Assembly (NCBI GenBank): GCA_017500825.1
Contig: JAFVYB010000024.1
Location: 17,193 to 81,192 of the forward strand
Reading direction: 5' to 3'
From: Myxococcaceae bacterium
GTDB lineage: Bacteria > Myxococcota > Myxococcia > Myxococcales > UBA5297
Length of the DNA: 64,000 nt
Below the pieces are notes generated by a model, which saw only the letters and a list, made by a program, of their open reading frames with translations, made no database searches and had not been told where the DNA came from. How positions within the stretch are numbered: position 1 is the stretch's first letter; each line of letters begins with the position of its first letter. A program made the translations under genes and the position numbers. Shown one piece after another: positions 49,131 through 59,136 of the stretch.

Positions 49131-49769
49131 TTACTTTTTGGGAAAATCATAAATCTGTTCCGGAGAGATATTCCTGTAACGCCCGAATTTGAGGTGCATT
49201 TTCGAGAGCGACCAGACAAAGGCGCGCCAATCAAAATCCGGTTCGTATTTTTTGCGACGTTTGATTTCGGCCAAAATCGCCTTTCGCACCACGCTCGGGT
49301 GAAAAATGACCGCGTCGGAGAGGACGCGCTTCTCGCCCATCGGCAAAAGGCGCGCTTCTAGGATGTCGCCCTTGGACAGGCCGATGAGCTGGCGACGCTC
49401 GAAGACCTCCACGTCGCGCTCGGTGAAGAGATCGCGCAGCCGCAGGCTTTCCTTGCCCAGCTTGCGCACCTCCCAGAGCGAGAGCCACGTCTGCAGAAAC
49501 CCCTCGAAAAGCGGGGCGTCGTCCGGGCAGGCGAACTGTCCGCGAAGCCAGAAGCGCTCGGCGGGGGTGGCCGCGTCGTCCTCGATCTTCCAGTCGAAGA
49601 CGTAGAAATCGCGGAAGGCGGCCATGCGCTGCTCGAACGAGTCGTCATCCTCGAAGACCTCGCCCGTCGCGCCGAAATAGACGGCCTTGGCCTTGAGCAG
49701 CTCGGGCATCAGGGAGGCGTCGCTCGCGAAGGCGAGCAGCTCGTCGAATTGGCTCTGCAGGATCACCAT
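49131..49769 (-). CDS. hypothetical protein
   Basis: ATG at 49769 (MVILQSQFDELL). No recognised domain. Preceded by an AT-rich spacer. Confidence 0.4.
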   Translation of the reverse strand: MVILQSQFDELLAFASDASLMPELLKAKAVYFGATGEVFEDDDSFEQRMAAFRDFYVFDWKIEDDAATPAERFWLRGQFACPDDAPLFEGFLQTWLSLWEVRKLGKESLRLRDLFTERDVEVFERRQLIGLSKGDILEARLLPMGEKRVLSDAVIFHPSVVRKAILAEIKRRKKYEPDFDWRAFVWSLSKMHLKFGRYRNISPEQIYDFPKK

Positions 49770-49975
49770 GGACCTCTCGAAGCGAGGCCTCGGGGCGGGG
49801 GCTCCGAAGCGAAAAAGGCGGCGGAATCTACGGATTTCACCATGGCCGCGCATCTGCGAATTTCACGATTCGGTCGGGGCGGGCGCAGCCATCCGGGAAG
49901 GCAAATCAGCCAAAAAAACGCCCCCGGATCGCGTGGATCCAGGGGCGCTGTCAGGTCAGGTGGGCAGAGGTGGGG

Positions 49976-52900
49976 TTACTTCCACGTGCAGCTGCCGAAA
50001 TCGATCGATTTCTTCTTGCCCTGAACTTCCAGGGAGACGCGCAGGCGATCTTGCTTCATTTCGGGGTCCTCATGCGCGGAGGTGGTGTTCGAGTAGGTGA
50101 CGCTGCCAGTGTAGCCCTGCTCCCAATTGAAGAAGCGCACCTTCTGGTGACAGATGGCGTTTGTCATCTCGAGGTTGCAGGGCTTGGCGGTCTCTTTATC
50201 GAACCAGCCGATCTGGATGCCAAAGCCAAAGCCGTCGAGGCCGATCTCGTCGAAGAGCTTGACGCTGAGCGTTCCGTTGATTGCTTCGACAGTGAACTCG
50301 TGATCGGCCTGAACCCGGTTGAGATTTCGGTCGGCGAAATAGGCCTCGAACATGTCAGTCGAGTCGAAGCCGTAACAGCCATCGATGGTGTCGTAGCGGC
50401 TGAAGACATTACCCGCTGTTGGATACTCGTAGAGGTTGGGACGGGCCGAGTTCTCATCGTCACGATCCATGCGTGCCGCCATGTAGACAGGAAAACCACT
50501 GTAGAGCACATGGGTAAACGTCCAGATGGTGGTGTCGGGGTCGTATTTGTTGTTGGGCGGGTCCCAGGAGCCGTCTTCATCCACGTCGACGTAGAGCTCG
50601 TCATAGTCCCGGACGCCGTTGTCGTTGGCGTCCACATAGGGTTCGCCCTGGTCGTAGTAGGCCTCGCCCGAGTCCCAGATGCCGTTGCCGTTGTCGTCGT
50701 GGAAGAACTCCTCGCCGCGCGCGTAGGCGATCAGCGTCACCAGGCCGTCGCGCGGGTTGCGGATCATGGCGCCTTCCGCAATCGAGGGCTCAGCAAGTCG
50801 CGCTATGGGCAACTGCTCGCCGTCGGCCGTCAGCGGTTCCACGTCGCGCGGCGCAGCAGGGCCGCCCCAGGTGTTGAAGTAAACGGTGGCCGCGCCTTCC
50901 TCGACGTTATCGCCGGTGGTCTCGTAGGGCATCGTCGTGGCGGCATTGGGGATGGAGCCGGCCTCGGTCTTGAACTGGATGGGCGTGGCGACGCCGATCG
51001 GGTTGCCGTAGCGGTCGGAGAGTTTGACCTTGCAGGAGAAGGTCGCGTCGATCGGCTGGTCGAGATAGGGCGTGATGAGGACCGTCTGGTTCACCGTCTC
51101 GCACATGAAGGTGAAGTTGCGGTTTGAGGGCGTGATGCCGCGGATGCCGATGTTGGGGCTGCGCGTCTGCACATCGTCGTTGACGACGGCGTGGACGTTG
51201 AAGACGCCGATGACCTTGCCCGTGGTGACGTTGGTCGAGACGAGGCCCTGCTCGTTGCTCACGCCTGAGACGGCGAAGGTCGTTCCCTGAGGCGGGTTGT
51301 TGATGTCGAAGGTGACGGGGACGTTGGCCACCGGGTTGCCCATGGAGTCGCGGACGATGAAGGTGACGAGCGCCTGCTCGTTGAAGCCCGAACCGCGGAT
51401 GCCCATCAGCGTGCATTCCTCGCCGTTGCAGGTCGTCGAGTAGTGGCTGATCTGGTTGACGGTCACGAACTCGACCGTGTGCGACTCCTGGGTGCCGGAC
51501 AGAGCGTGTTTGACCGTGATGGTGGCGACGCCCGTCTTCGGGTCTTGGTCATCAGCCGGCTCCTGCGACTGATCGAGCTGCGTGAAGCGCGCCTGGGACA
51601 CCCCCTTGCCGTTGCCCTTCACCGTGACCGCCCGCTCCTTGGCGTCGGCGGTGTCGCTCATCGTCGTGAAGCCGCCGAGGTTGGTCGAGAATTCGAGATC
51701 CGCGAAGGGGATGATCTCGCCGGTCGCCGCGTTCTTGAGCGTCGCCGAGATGACGATCGAGTCGCCCACGCCGGAGAAAATGCTGGGGCGGTCGGAGGTG
51801 ATCTCCAGGGCGTTGCCGGTGACCTCGATGTTGATCGAGCGGCTCAGCCCGTTTTCCATCAGCGTCGCCGTGATGACCGCGGTGCCCGTGCCGCTGGAGT
51901 TGAAGACCACGGTCGCGTTGCCTTCGCTGTCGGTGTTGGCCTCGACGGATTGCGTTCCAGCTTGCGTCTGCCCGACGAGCGATAGGGTGCCGAGATCGGT
52001 CGAGAAGGTGATCCGCTGGCCGGCGATGGCGTTGTCGTTGGCGTCGCGCAGGGTGGCGGTGACGTTCGTCGACTTGCCGCTGTAGAGCGTCTCGCTCTCC
52101 GCCCGCAGGGTCAGCTTTTGCGAGATCACCTGAATTTCGACCTTCGCGGTGGCGTTCGATTCCAGATGCTTCACCTCGACGATGGCCGTTCCCTGAGCGT
52201 CGTTGGCGTAGAAGCGCAGCTCGAACTCGCCCTCGCTGTTCGTCCTGCCCGTGAGCGTGGTGCTCTGAATGGCGCCGTCGTAGTTGGCCGACAGCTGGCC
52301 AAGCGTCGTCGAGAAGGTGAGCTCGGCGTTGGCGACGGGTTGGAACGAGTCGTCGCGCAGGGCGGCGATGAGGATGGCCGGGGTCGCGCTGCCCGAGAAG
52401 ACTTCCGAATCAGAGGTGGTGATCGAGAGTCCGCGCGTGAGGAAGCTGACGGTGAGGGTGGTGCTGGCCGCGCTCGCGTCGTGGGCGATGGTGACGGTGG
52501 CGGTGCCTGCCTGGCCCTGTTCGTAGAGCGTGACGTAGGCCACGCCGTTGGTGTCGGTGATCGCGGTCGTCGTGTTGCCGCTGCCCGTCGTGCCGCTCGT
52601 GAAGCTTCCCAGCGTCGTGCTCAGGCGCAGCTGCTCTCCGGAGAGGGCGTTGCCGTCGTTGTCGGTCAGAGTGATTTCGAGGGTGGTCGACTCGCCGTTG
52701 CCGACAAACAGGCTGGGGGGCGAGGCCGTGGCCGAGAGGGCGTTGCGGACGAAGGCGACGTTGGCCGTGGCGCGCACATCCGAGGCGACGTGTTGGGCGG
52801 TGACCTGCGCCTCGCCGAGGGTGCTGTCCGGGTAGAGGCGGACTTTGGCGAAGCCTTGCTCATCGGTGAGGACCACGGGCGCGTTCTCAAATTCGGCGCC

Positions 52901-53461
52901 GTCCACGTCAGCGGAGAGCTGGCCGCGCGTCGTCGAGAACTGGATCTGCTGACCAGCCGAGTTCGCCGTGTTCATCGACTCGCCGAGCTGCGCGGTGAAC
53001 ACGATGTAGGCGTCCTTGTCCGGGTAGACCGTGTCCTTGGAGGCGCTCAGCTCAAGGGTGAACGCGAGGGGCGAGAGCTGGATCGACTTCTGCCGCTGCA
53101 GGTCGTTCCAGGTGGCGGTGATGCGCTGTTGTCCAACGCAGTCGAGGTGCAGGCGGGCGTCGCAGGCGTATTTGACCGAGGCGCTGCCGTTGCTCAGGTC
53201 GACCGTGTATTCGCTGCCGCCACCGTTGAAGCTGCCAGTGGCCGCCGAGAAGGTGACCTCGCCCAGGCCGGGCGAGCTGTCCGCGGCGGTCGCCGTCGCG
53301 ACGATGTCGGCGGTGGTGCCGTCAGCCGGGATCGACGAGGGGGAGATGGCGAGTGAGAGGAAGGCGTCGCCGGCGTTCGATGTGTCGTCGCTGCAGGCAA
53401 AAAGGCCGAACGCGAGCACGGCGCAGGCGATGAAGCGAGCAATGCTTCGTTGGGTGCTCAT
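49976..53461 (-). CDS. large surface lipoprotein with ~7 invasin/intimin-type Ig-like (Big_1) repeats and C-terminal Asp-rich Ca-binding (thrombospondin-type-3-like) repeats
   Basis: Lipobox FGLFAC-S. Reiterated ~95-aa TxTAxVxD...G blocks. C-terminal DDNGNGIWDSGEAYYDQGEPYVDANDNGVRDYDE... region. Confidence 0.6.
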   Translation of the reverse strand: MSTQRSIARFIACAVLAFGLFACSDDTSNAGDAFLSLAISPSSIPADGTTADIVATATAADSSPGLGEVTFSAATGSFNGGGSEYTVDLSNGSASVKYACDARLHLDCVGQQRITATWNDLQRQKSIQLSPLAFTLELSASKDTVYPDKDAYIVFTAQLGESMNTANSAGQQIQFSTTRGQLSADVDGAEFENAPVVLTDEQGFAKVRLYPDSTLGEAQVTAQHVASDVRATANVAFVRNALSATASPPSLFVGNGESTTLEITLTDNDGNALSGEQLRLSTTLGSFTSGTTGSGNTTTAITDTNGVAYVTLYEQGQAGTATVTIAHDASAASTTLTVSFLTRGLSITTSDSEVFSGSATPAILIAALRDDSFQPVANAELTFSTTLGQLSANYDGAIQSTTLTGRTNSEGEFELRFYANDAQGTAIVEVKHLESNATAKVEIQVISQKLTLRAESETLYSGKSTNVTATLRDANDNAIAGQRITFSTDLGTLSLVGQTQAGTQSVEANTDSEGNATVVFNSSGTGTAVITATLMENGLSRSINIEVTGNALEITSDRPSIFSGVGDSIVISATLKNAATGEIIPFADLEFSTNLGGFTTMSDTADAKERAVTVKGNGKGVSQARFTQLDQSQEPADDQDPKTGVATITVKHALSGTQESHTVEFVTVNQISHYSTTCNGEECTLMGIRGSGFNEQALVTFIVRDSMGNPVANVPVTFDINNPPQGTTFAVSGVSNEQGLVSTNVTTGKVIGVFNVHAVVNDDVQTRSPNIGIRGITPSNRNFTFMCETVNQTVLITPYLDQPIDATFSCKVKLSDRYGNPIGVATPIQFKTEAGSIPNAATTMPYETTGDNVEEGAATVYFNTWGGPAAPRDVEPLTADGEQLPIARLAEPSIAEGAMIRNPRDGLVTLIAYARGEEFFHDDNGNGIWDSGEAYYDQGEPYVDANDNGVRDYDELYVDVDEDGSWDPPNNKYDPDTTIWTFTHVLYSGFPVYMAARMDRDDENSARPNLYEYPTAGNVFSRYDTIDGCYGFDSTDMFEAYFADRNLNRVQADHEFTVEAINGTLSVKLFDEIGLDGFGFGIQIGWFDKETAKPCNLEMTNAICHQKVRFFNWEQGYTGSVTYSNTTSAHEDPEMKQDRLRVSLEVQGKKKSIDFGSCTWK

Positions 53462-53512
53462 GGTGTCTCCTTCTGGAGTTGGGGGATTGGGGCTGCGTTG
53501 GGTGGCGCCCTC

Positions 53513-54166
53513 TCAGGCGCGCAGGGAAGCGATGGCGGCCGCGTAGTCGCTTTGGCCAAAGACGTAGGAGCCGGCCACGAGCACGTTGGCCCCGGCCGAG
53601 AGGAGAAGCGAGGCGTTCTTGTCGCTGACGCCGCCGTCCACCTCGATGTCGATGGAGAGTCCGCGCGCGTCGGCCATCGCCCTCAGGCGACGGATCTTGT
53701 CGAGCGCGCTCTCGATAAAGGCCTGGCCGCCAAAGCCGGGATTGACGCTCATCACGAGCACCATGCCGACTTCGCCCAGAACCTCTTCGACCATGCAGAG
53801 CGGCGTGGACGGGTTGAGGGCGACGGCAGGCATGGCACCGGCGCGGCGGATCTGCTGCAGCGTGCGGTGCAGATGCGGACATGTCTCGGCGTGGACGCTG
53901 ACGCGGTCGGCGCCGGCGGCGACAAAGGCGTCGATGTGGCGCTCCGGCTCGACGATCATCAGGTGGACATCGAGCGGCAAAGCTGTCGAGCGCTTCATGG
54001 CGGCGACGACGGCGGGGCCAAAGGTGATGTTGGGGACGAATCGGCCGTCCATCACGTCGAGGTGGGCCAGGTCGGCGCCGGCGCGTTCGATGGCGCGCAC
54101 CTCGTCGGTGAGGCGGCCAAAATCGGCGGAGAGCAGCGAGGGGGCGATGAGGGTCTGCTGGGACAT
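53513..54166 (-). CDS. rpe: ribulose-phosphate 3-epimerase
   Basis: APSLLSADF...HLDVMDGRFVPN...VMSVNPGFGGQ. ATG at 54166. Confidence 0.9.
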   Translation of the reverse strand: MSQQTLIAPSLLSADFGRLTDEVRAIERAGADLAHLDVMDGRFVPNITFGPAVVAAMKRSTALPLDVHLMIVEPERHIDAFVAAGADRVSVHAETCPHLHRTLQQIRRAGAMPAVALNPSTPLCMVEEVLGEVGMVLVMSVNPGFGGQAFIESALDKIRRLRAMADARGLSIDIEVDGGVSDKNASLLLSAGANVLVAGSYVFGQSDYAAAIASLRA

Positions 54167-54243
54167 GGTGTGGGTTGATCCTGGTCGTGGGCCCGCGCGC
54201 GGCGGGGCGGGTGGAAGGGCGATGTCGGCGGGCGGGGCGCATC

Positions 54244-55716
54244 TCAGCGGCGGATCAGCCGGGCGCCAAAAAAGCCGTCGCAACCGTGGCGGTGCGGATA
54301 GGTGGCGATGAAGGGGCGCGCGGCGTTCTCAATGGGCCAATCGATGGGGTGCGCGCTGTCGGGTGGAACGAGTTCAAGGCCCATGTCGGCGAGCGCGGCG
54401 AGGTGGTCGCTCCCCTCCTCCGGCTCCATGGAGCAGACGGCGTAGACGAGTTGCCCGCCGGGCCTGAGGTAGCGCGCGAGGTTTTGGACGATGGCGATTT
54501 GCAGTTGGGCCATGCGCGCCGGGGCGCTTTCAGGACGGCGGTGGCGGATTTCGGGGTGGCGCCGGAGCGTCCCCAGGCCGGTGCAGGGCAGGTCGGCGAG
54601 GATGAGGTCGAAGGAGGCTTCTTCGAAGGGAAGTGGCGCGCTGGCGTCGGCGGTGGCGCATTCGATTCGCCTGTTCAGTTCCAGTCGCCTCGCCTCCTGG
54701 CTCAGGCGGCGCAGGCGGTGCGCGTGCAAGTCGAGGGCGTGGACCGTGCCCGATTCGCCCAGTCGCTCGGCCAGATGGCACGTCTTCCCCCCGGGCGCGG
54801 CGCAGGCGTCGAGAACGCGCATCCCCGGCTCGACACAAGGCAACAACCCGACCAGCTGAGCCGCCTCGTCCTGAACCTGAAAGAGCCCCTCGGCGAAGGA
54901 CTTGAGCTCGGCGAGGTGGCCGCATCCCTCCAGCGTGAGCCCGACCGGCGAGAGCGCAGTGGCGCGGGCGTCGACACCTTCTTCGGCGAGTCGCTCAATC
55001 AGCGCCTGACGCGACACGCGCGCCGGATTGAAGCGAATGTCGATTTTCGGCGGTTCGTTCTGCGCCGCGCACAAAAGGGCCGTCTCCTCGATGCCAAAGC
55101 GCCGTTCCCAGCGTTCGACGAGCCAGTTTGGCTGCGAATGGGCGATGGCCAGTTTCTCGACCTCTGTCCCCTTGAGCTCGGGCAGGCAGACCATTCGCGC
55201 CAGAGCGCGCAAAAGCGCGTTGACGAATCCCGCGGCGTGGCGATGGCGCGGCAGCTCCTTGACGAGCTCGACGGTCTCGTGAACGGCCGCGTGGGGCTTC
55301 GTCCGCATGAAGAAGAGCTGGTAGGCGCCCAGTCGCAGGGCGGCGCGGACTTCCGGGTCGAGGCGTTCGAGTGGACGCGAGGCGTGAACGGCGATGGCGT
55401 TGTCGAGCGCGCGCTGATGACGGGTCACCCCGTAGACGAGTTCGGTCGCCAGGGCGCGATCGGGCTGGGAAACACCGGGGGAGGACTTGAGCGCCGCGTC
55501 GAGGGCGAGATTGAGGAAGGCGTCTGTGCGTTCGACGCGAATGAGCGTTTGCAGGGCGAGGGCGCGGGCGGTGGTGGACACGGTCGTTTCTCCTGCGGGG
55601 AGGGGGGGGGCCGTCCGAAGCGGGCGGCCTTTTAGGCCCAAGGCGCGCGCTTCCTCGAAGATTTTGTCGGCGCGTTTCCGCGATTTTGACGCGCCCGTTT
55701 TTGACGCCGCAGCCAT
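54244..55716 (-). CDS. rsmB: 16S rRNA (cytosine967-C5)-methyltransferase RsmB/Sun
   Basis: NusB-like N-domain plus SAM MTase (VLDACAAPGGKT). Catalytic Cys region DLPCTGLG...YAVCS. The start is approximate. Confidence 0.8.
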   Translation of the reverse strand: MAAASKTGASKSRKRADKIFEEARALGLKGRPLRTAPPLPAGETTVSTTARALALQTLIRVERTDAFLNLALDAALKSSPGVSQPDRALATELVYGVTRHQRALDNAIAVHASRPLERLDPEVRAALRLGAYQLFFMRTKPHAAVHETVELVKELPRHRHAAGFVNALLRALARMVCLPELKGTEVEKLAIAHSQPNWLVERWERRFGIEETALLCAAQNEPPKIDIRFNPARVSRQALIERLAEEGVDARATALSPVGLTLEGCGHLAELKSFAEGLFQVQDEAAQLVGLLPCVEPGMRVLDACAAPGGKTCHLAERLGESGTVHALDLHAHRLRRLSQEARRLELNRRIECATADASAPLPFEEASFDLILADLPCTGLGTLRRHPEIRHRRPESAPARMAQLQIAIVQNLARYLRPGGQLVYAVCSMEPEEGSDHLAALADMGLELVPPDSAHPIDWPIENAARPFIATYPHRHGCDGFFGARLIRR

Positions 55717-55871
55717 GGGTCGACTGACCGCCCACCGAGCCCACGCCTTTCGCCTTGTCGGAACACCTTTTCGGCCCATCGCTTCGGGGCGTTGTCGCCT
55801 CTGAGAGCGCTGCGCACCGTGCCTCCTCGCAGTCCGTCAACCCGTCACCGACGCCCGCGAAGGAGGCCGCC

Positions 55872-56726
55872 ATGTCGCTCGAAAGTTTTTTGGACGAAGA
55901 ATCCAGCCCGCTCACGCCAGAGGAATGGCGCCAGATGCACGCGCACGTGGTCGACGTGGCGCGGCGGCACCTGGTCGGACGGCGGATCGTCGACCTCTTC
56001 GGCCCGCTCGGCGCAGGCGTGGAGGCAATCGGCCTGACGCAGAGTGTCGAACGCCAGAGAGCCTCTCTCGATGACGAGGAGCAGATCGATGGCGCTCCAC
56101 TCTCGCGGCGCATGGCGCGTTCGCCCAAGTCGATCCCGGTCATCCACCGCGATTTCACGCTGCACTGGCGCGAGATCGCCGCCGCTCACGACAACGGCGT
56201 TCCCCTCGATTTTTCGCCCGCCGTCGAGGCCGCCCTCGCCTGCGCCCGCCGCGAAGACGAGCTCGTCTTTTACGGAGACGAATCGCGCGGCGTTCCCGGA
56301 CTCCTCACCGCCCCGGGCCGCGTTCAGGTGCCCCTCGGCGACTGGCGCGCGCCTTCAGAGGGGCTTTCCGCCGTGGTCCGCGCCGCCGAAGCGCTGCAAC
56401 ACGACAACCCCCTGCCCTACGCGCTCCTCCTCTCGCCGCGGCTCTTCTCGATGCTCCACCGCGTGTTTGGCGACGGCGGCACGCTGGAGATCGACGCCAT
56501 CAGGAGCTTCATCCAGGGAGGCGTCTTCGTCTCCAACCAGCTCGAACTGGAGACAGCGGCGCTCATCGCGCCCGGGCCGCACAACTTCGACCTCGCCGTG
56601 TCCATCGACCTGAGCGTGGCCTACCTCGGCGCCGAAGAGATGGAGCACCCCTTCCGCGTGCTGGAGGCGGTCCTGCCGCGCGTCAAGCGACCGCTGGCCA
56701 TCTGCACCCTCGAAAAAACGCTGTGA
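55872..56726 (+). CDS. family 1 encapsulin nanocompartment shell protein (HK97-fold, linocin M18-like)
   Basis: Collinear with T. maritima-type encapsulin: LTPEEWRQMHAHVVDVARRHLVGRRIVDLFGPLG..., FTLHWREIAAAHDNGVPLDFSPAVEAALACARREDELVFYG..., C-terminal FRVLEAVLP...LEKTL. ATG at 55872 with a perfect AAGGAGG RBS. Confidence 0.85.
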   Translation: MSLESFLDEESSPLTPEEWRQMHAHVVDVARRHLVGRRIVDLFGPLGAGVEAIGLTQSVERQRASLDDEEQIDGAPLSRRMARSPKSIPVIHRDFTLHWREIAAAHDNGVPLDFSPAVEAALACARREDELVFYGDESRGVPGLLTAPGRVQVPLGDWRAPSEGLSAVVRAAEALQHDNPLPYALLLSPRLFSMLHRVFGDGGTLEIDAIRSFIQGGVFVSNQLELETAALIAPGPHNFDLAVSIDLSVAYLGAEEMEHPFRVLEAVLPRVKRPLAICTLEKTL

Positions 56727-56769
56727 CGAGCGCGCCGGACGCCGTTCGACCAGGGGCGAGCGAGCCCGA

Positions 56770-57468
56770 TCACGCGTCCTCGACCACGAGGATCTGATCG
56801 CCCAGGCGCAGGCAGTCGCCCTCTTCCAGCTCGATCGGTTCGCCGACGGGCAGCCGGAGGAAGGTTCCGTCTTCGCTGCCCAAATCGCGCAGGAAGGTGC
56901 CCTTGGCCTCGAACGACAATTCGCAGTGGCGCGCCTGCACCAGAGGGTCGTCGGGGAAGTCGAGGTCGCAGCCGCCATGACCGACGATCAGCCTCGGCGC
57001 GGGACGAACGACGCGCCGGCCCGGGATCGCGCCGCGAAAGAGCTCCTCGACGGCGAAAATCGGCCGCTTGGTCAGCGTCTGCCTGGTGTCGAGCCCCGAG
57101 GCGTTGGGCAGCTGTCCGAGAAATCGAAGGTGGTGGCCGCCAACACTGAAGAACGCGCCCGGCTCAATCAGCGCTTCGCCGCGCAGCCGCCGATAGACGC
57201 CCGTCCTGGTCGGGAACGCGCGCAGGGTCAGCCGCCCGTGTTCGTCGCGCGTCAGGAGCGCGTGCGGGTCGTCGAGCGAGCGATCGGAGGCAAAACTGAG
57301 GGCGCCACGCGTCCGGCCAACGAGAAACTCGCCGCTTTCGGGCAGATGAAAGGTCTTGCCGGCGTGCTCGCCGCGCAGCTGGCGCAGGCAGAGGTGGATT
57401 TTGGCGGAGGAAGGCGCGTCTGAACGCGGCGGCGAGGACGGTCGCTTGAGGGGAGGTGTCGATGTCAT
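56770..57468 (-). CDS. tandem FHA-domain protein
   Basis: Two FHA-like modules (FLVGRTRGALSFASDRSLDDPHALL...; LIVGHGGCDLDFPDDPLVQARHCELSF...GSEDGTFL). ATG at 57468. Confidence 0.6.
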   Translation of the reverse strand: MTSTPPLKRPSSPPRSDAPSSAKIHLCLRQLRGEHAGKTFHLPESGEFLVGRTRGALSFASDRSLDDPHALLTRDEHGRLTLRAFPTRTGVYRRLRGEALIEPGAFFSVGGHHLRFLGQLPNASGLDTRQTLTKRPIFAVEELFRGAIPGRRVVRPAPRLIVGHGGCDLDFPDDPLVQARHCELSFEAKGTFLRDLGSEDGTFLRLPVGEPIELEEGDCLRLGDQILVVEDA

Positions 57469-57506
57469 GCGGCGGGCTCCTGTCCGGCGCCGGGCGGCGC
57501 GCCATG

Positions 57507-58130
57507 TCAGGCGGTGGGAGGCGTTGCGGTCGGGGCGATGACGGTCTCCCCGTTGACGGTTGGGTTCGATTTGTCCGGCAGGCCGGCCACGCGGCGCCCG
57601 AGTCGCGTTTGAGCGAAGATCAGCGCGGGCAAAACCCCATAGGCGCAGCCGAGCAACGCGCCGACGATGACCTGCGAGGGATAGTGGCGTCCCAGATAGA
57701 CGCGCGAGACGCCGACGGCGCAGGCGACGAGGGCGAGCGGCAGTCCGACGCGGGCGCGGCGCAGGGCGATCCCAAGGAAGGTGGCGACGGCGAAGAAGTT
57801 GATCGCGTGGTTGGAGGGCATGCCGCGGCGCGCGCCTGGGCAGGTGTCCGGCATCCAGTCGAGATGGGCGAGCTCCAGGCAGGGGCGCGGCTGGGCGATG
57901 AGATGCTTGAGGACGTTGCCGTTGAGGTCGGCGAGGCCGAGGACGGCGAGCGTCAGGGCGAAGGTGATGAGGCCGTCGCGTCGCCATCGGAGGCACAGGC
58001 CGAGGCAGATGAGGGCGAGGAGCGGGACGGCAAAGGCCGCGCGCAGAGAGACAAAGGCCAAAACCGCGTCGGCGACCGGATGAGAGAGCGCCTCGCGCAG
58101 GGCGATGAGCAGCTCGGCGTCGAGACTCAT
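57507..58130 (-). CDS. PAP2 family phosphatase (phosphatidic acid / undecaprenyl-PP phosphatase type 2)
   Basis: KHLIAQPRP, PSNH and SRVYLGRHYPSQV motifs. ATG at 58130 overlaps the prmC stop (ATGA). GGAGG RBS. Confidence 0.8.
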   Translation of the reverse strand: MSLDAELLIALREALSHPVADAVLAFVSLRAAFAVPLLALICLGLCLRWRRDGLITFALTLAVLGLADLNGNVLKHLIAQPRPCLELAHLDWMPDTCPGARRGMPSNHAINFFAVATFLGIALRRARVGLPLALVACAVGVSRVYLGRHYPSQVIVGALLGCAYGVLPALIFAQTRLGRRVAGLPDKSNPTVNGETVIAPTATPPTA

Positions 58131-58985
58131 TCCGGCAACCTCCCCACCGCCACGCGTTCGAGTCCGGCCAGGTCGCGCTCGATTTTGGTCCCGGTGAACC
58201 CCGCCGCCCGCAGCATCTCCAAAAGCGCCGCGCCCTGTCCCTCGCCGATTTCCAGACAAATCGCGCCGCCCGGTTCGAGAAATTCCGGAGCGCCCGCGAC
58301 GATGGTCCGAATGAGGTCGAGCCCGTCCTCGCCGCCGTCGAGCGCCATCGCCGGTTCGCGCCGCACTTCGGGGGCAAGGTTCGCGATCTCGCCGCGCGGC
58401 ACATAGGGCGGGTTGCTGGCGACGAGGTCGAAGCGCCTGCCCGCCACTGGTCCAAAGAGGTCGCCCTGCAAAAACTCGACGCGTTCCGTCAGACCGAGGG
58501 CGCGGGCGTTGTCGCGGGCCACATCGAGGGCGTCTGGCGAGAGGTCGGTGGCGCACAGGCACGCGTTGGGGTGTTCGGCGAGAATCGTCAGGCCCACACA
58601 GCCAGAGCCAGCGCACAGGTCGAGGACGCGCCGCTCGTCATCGCGGTCGCCCAGGAGGACGAGGGCGGCGTCGACGAGGTGTTCCGTCTCGGGGCGCGGC
58701 ACGAGGACGCGCTCGTCGACCTGAAAAACGCGGCCAAAGAACGAGCGTCTGCCGGTCAGGTAGTAGGTCGGCTCGCCAGCGGCGCGGCGGCGGACGAGGT
58801 CGCGAAAGCGCGCGCGCTCGGACTCTTCGAGAGGGCGATCGAACTCGATGTAGAGGCGGACGCGCTCCATTCCGAGGGCGTGGGCGAGCAGAAGCTCGGC
58901 GGTCAGGCGTGGGCTGTCGATGCCCCGGCGCTCGAAAAAGTCGCTCGTCCAGAGGAGCAAGCGCTGGATCGTCCACACTTCTGTC
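58127..58985 (-). CDS. prmC: peptide chain release factor N5-glutamine methyltransferase
   Basis: VLDLCAGSGCVGL and NPPY motifs. GTG start at 58985. Confidence 0.8.
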
Positions 58986-59136
58986 ACGGCTGCCTCACCA
59001 CCTGCTCTGCTGTCCCTGGGGCGGCATCGTTCCGTCCCTCCACGCGCCCCGAGCGGCTCGCGCGGCATAAAAAACGCGGCGTTCTCAAGCCAGCCTCGGC
59101 CGTCAGCTGGAGAGAGCGCCGCGCGTCCAGTGTCGA

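Noticed and set aside
52118-53356. 412-aa plus-strand ORF inside the Ig-like adhesin gene, and the 50164..51416 antisense ORFs
   Set aside because: Antisense to a long, repeat-structured lipoprotein gene with signal peptide and lipobox. Composition artefacts.
55601-55610. G9 homopolymer within rsmB
   Set aside because: Encodes a Pro-rich stretch (PPLP) inside the reading frame. No evidence of a frameshift, and the flanking frame is continuous.
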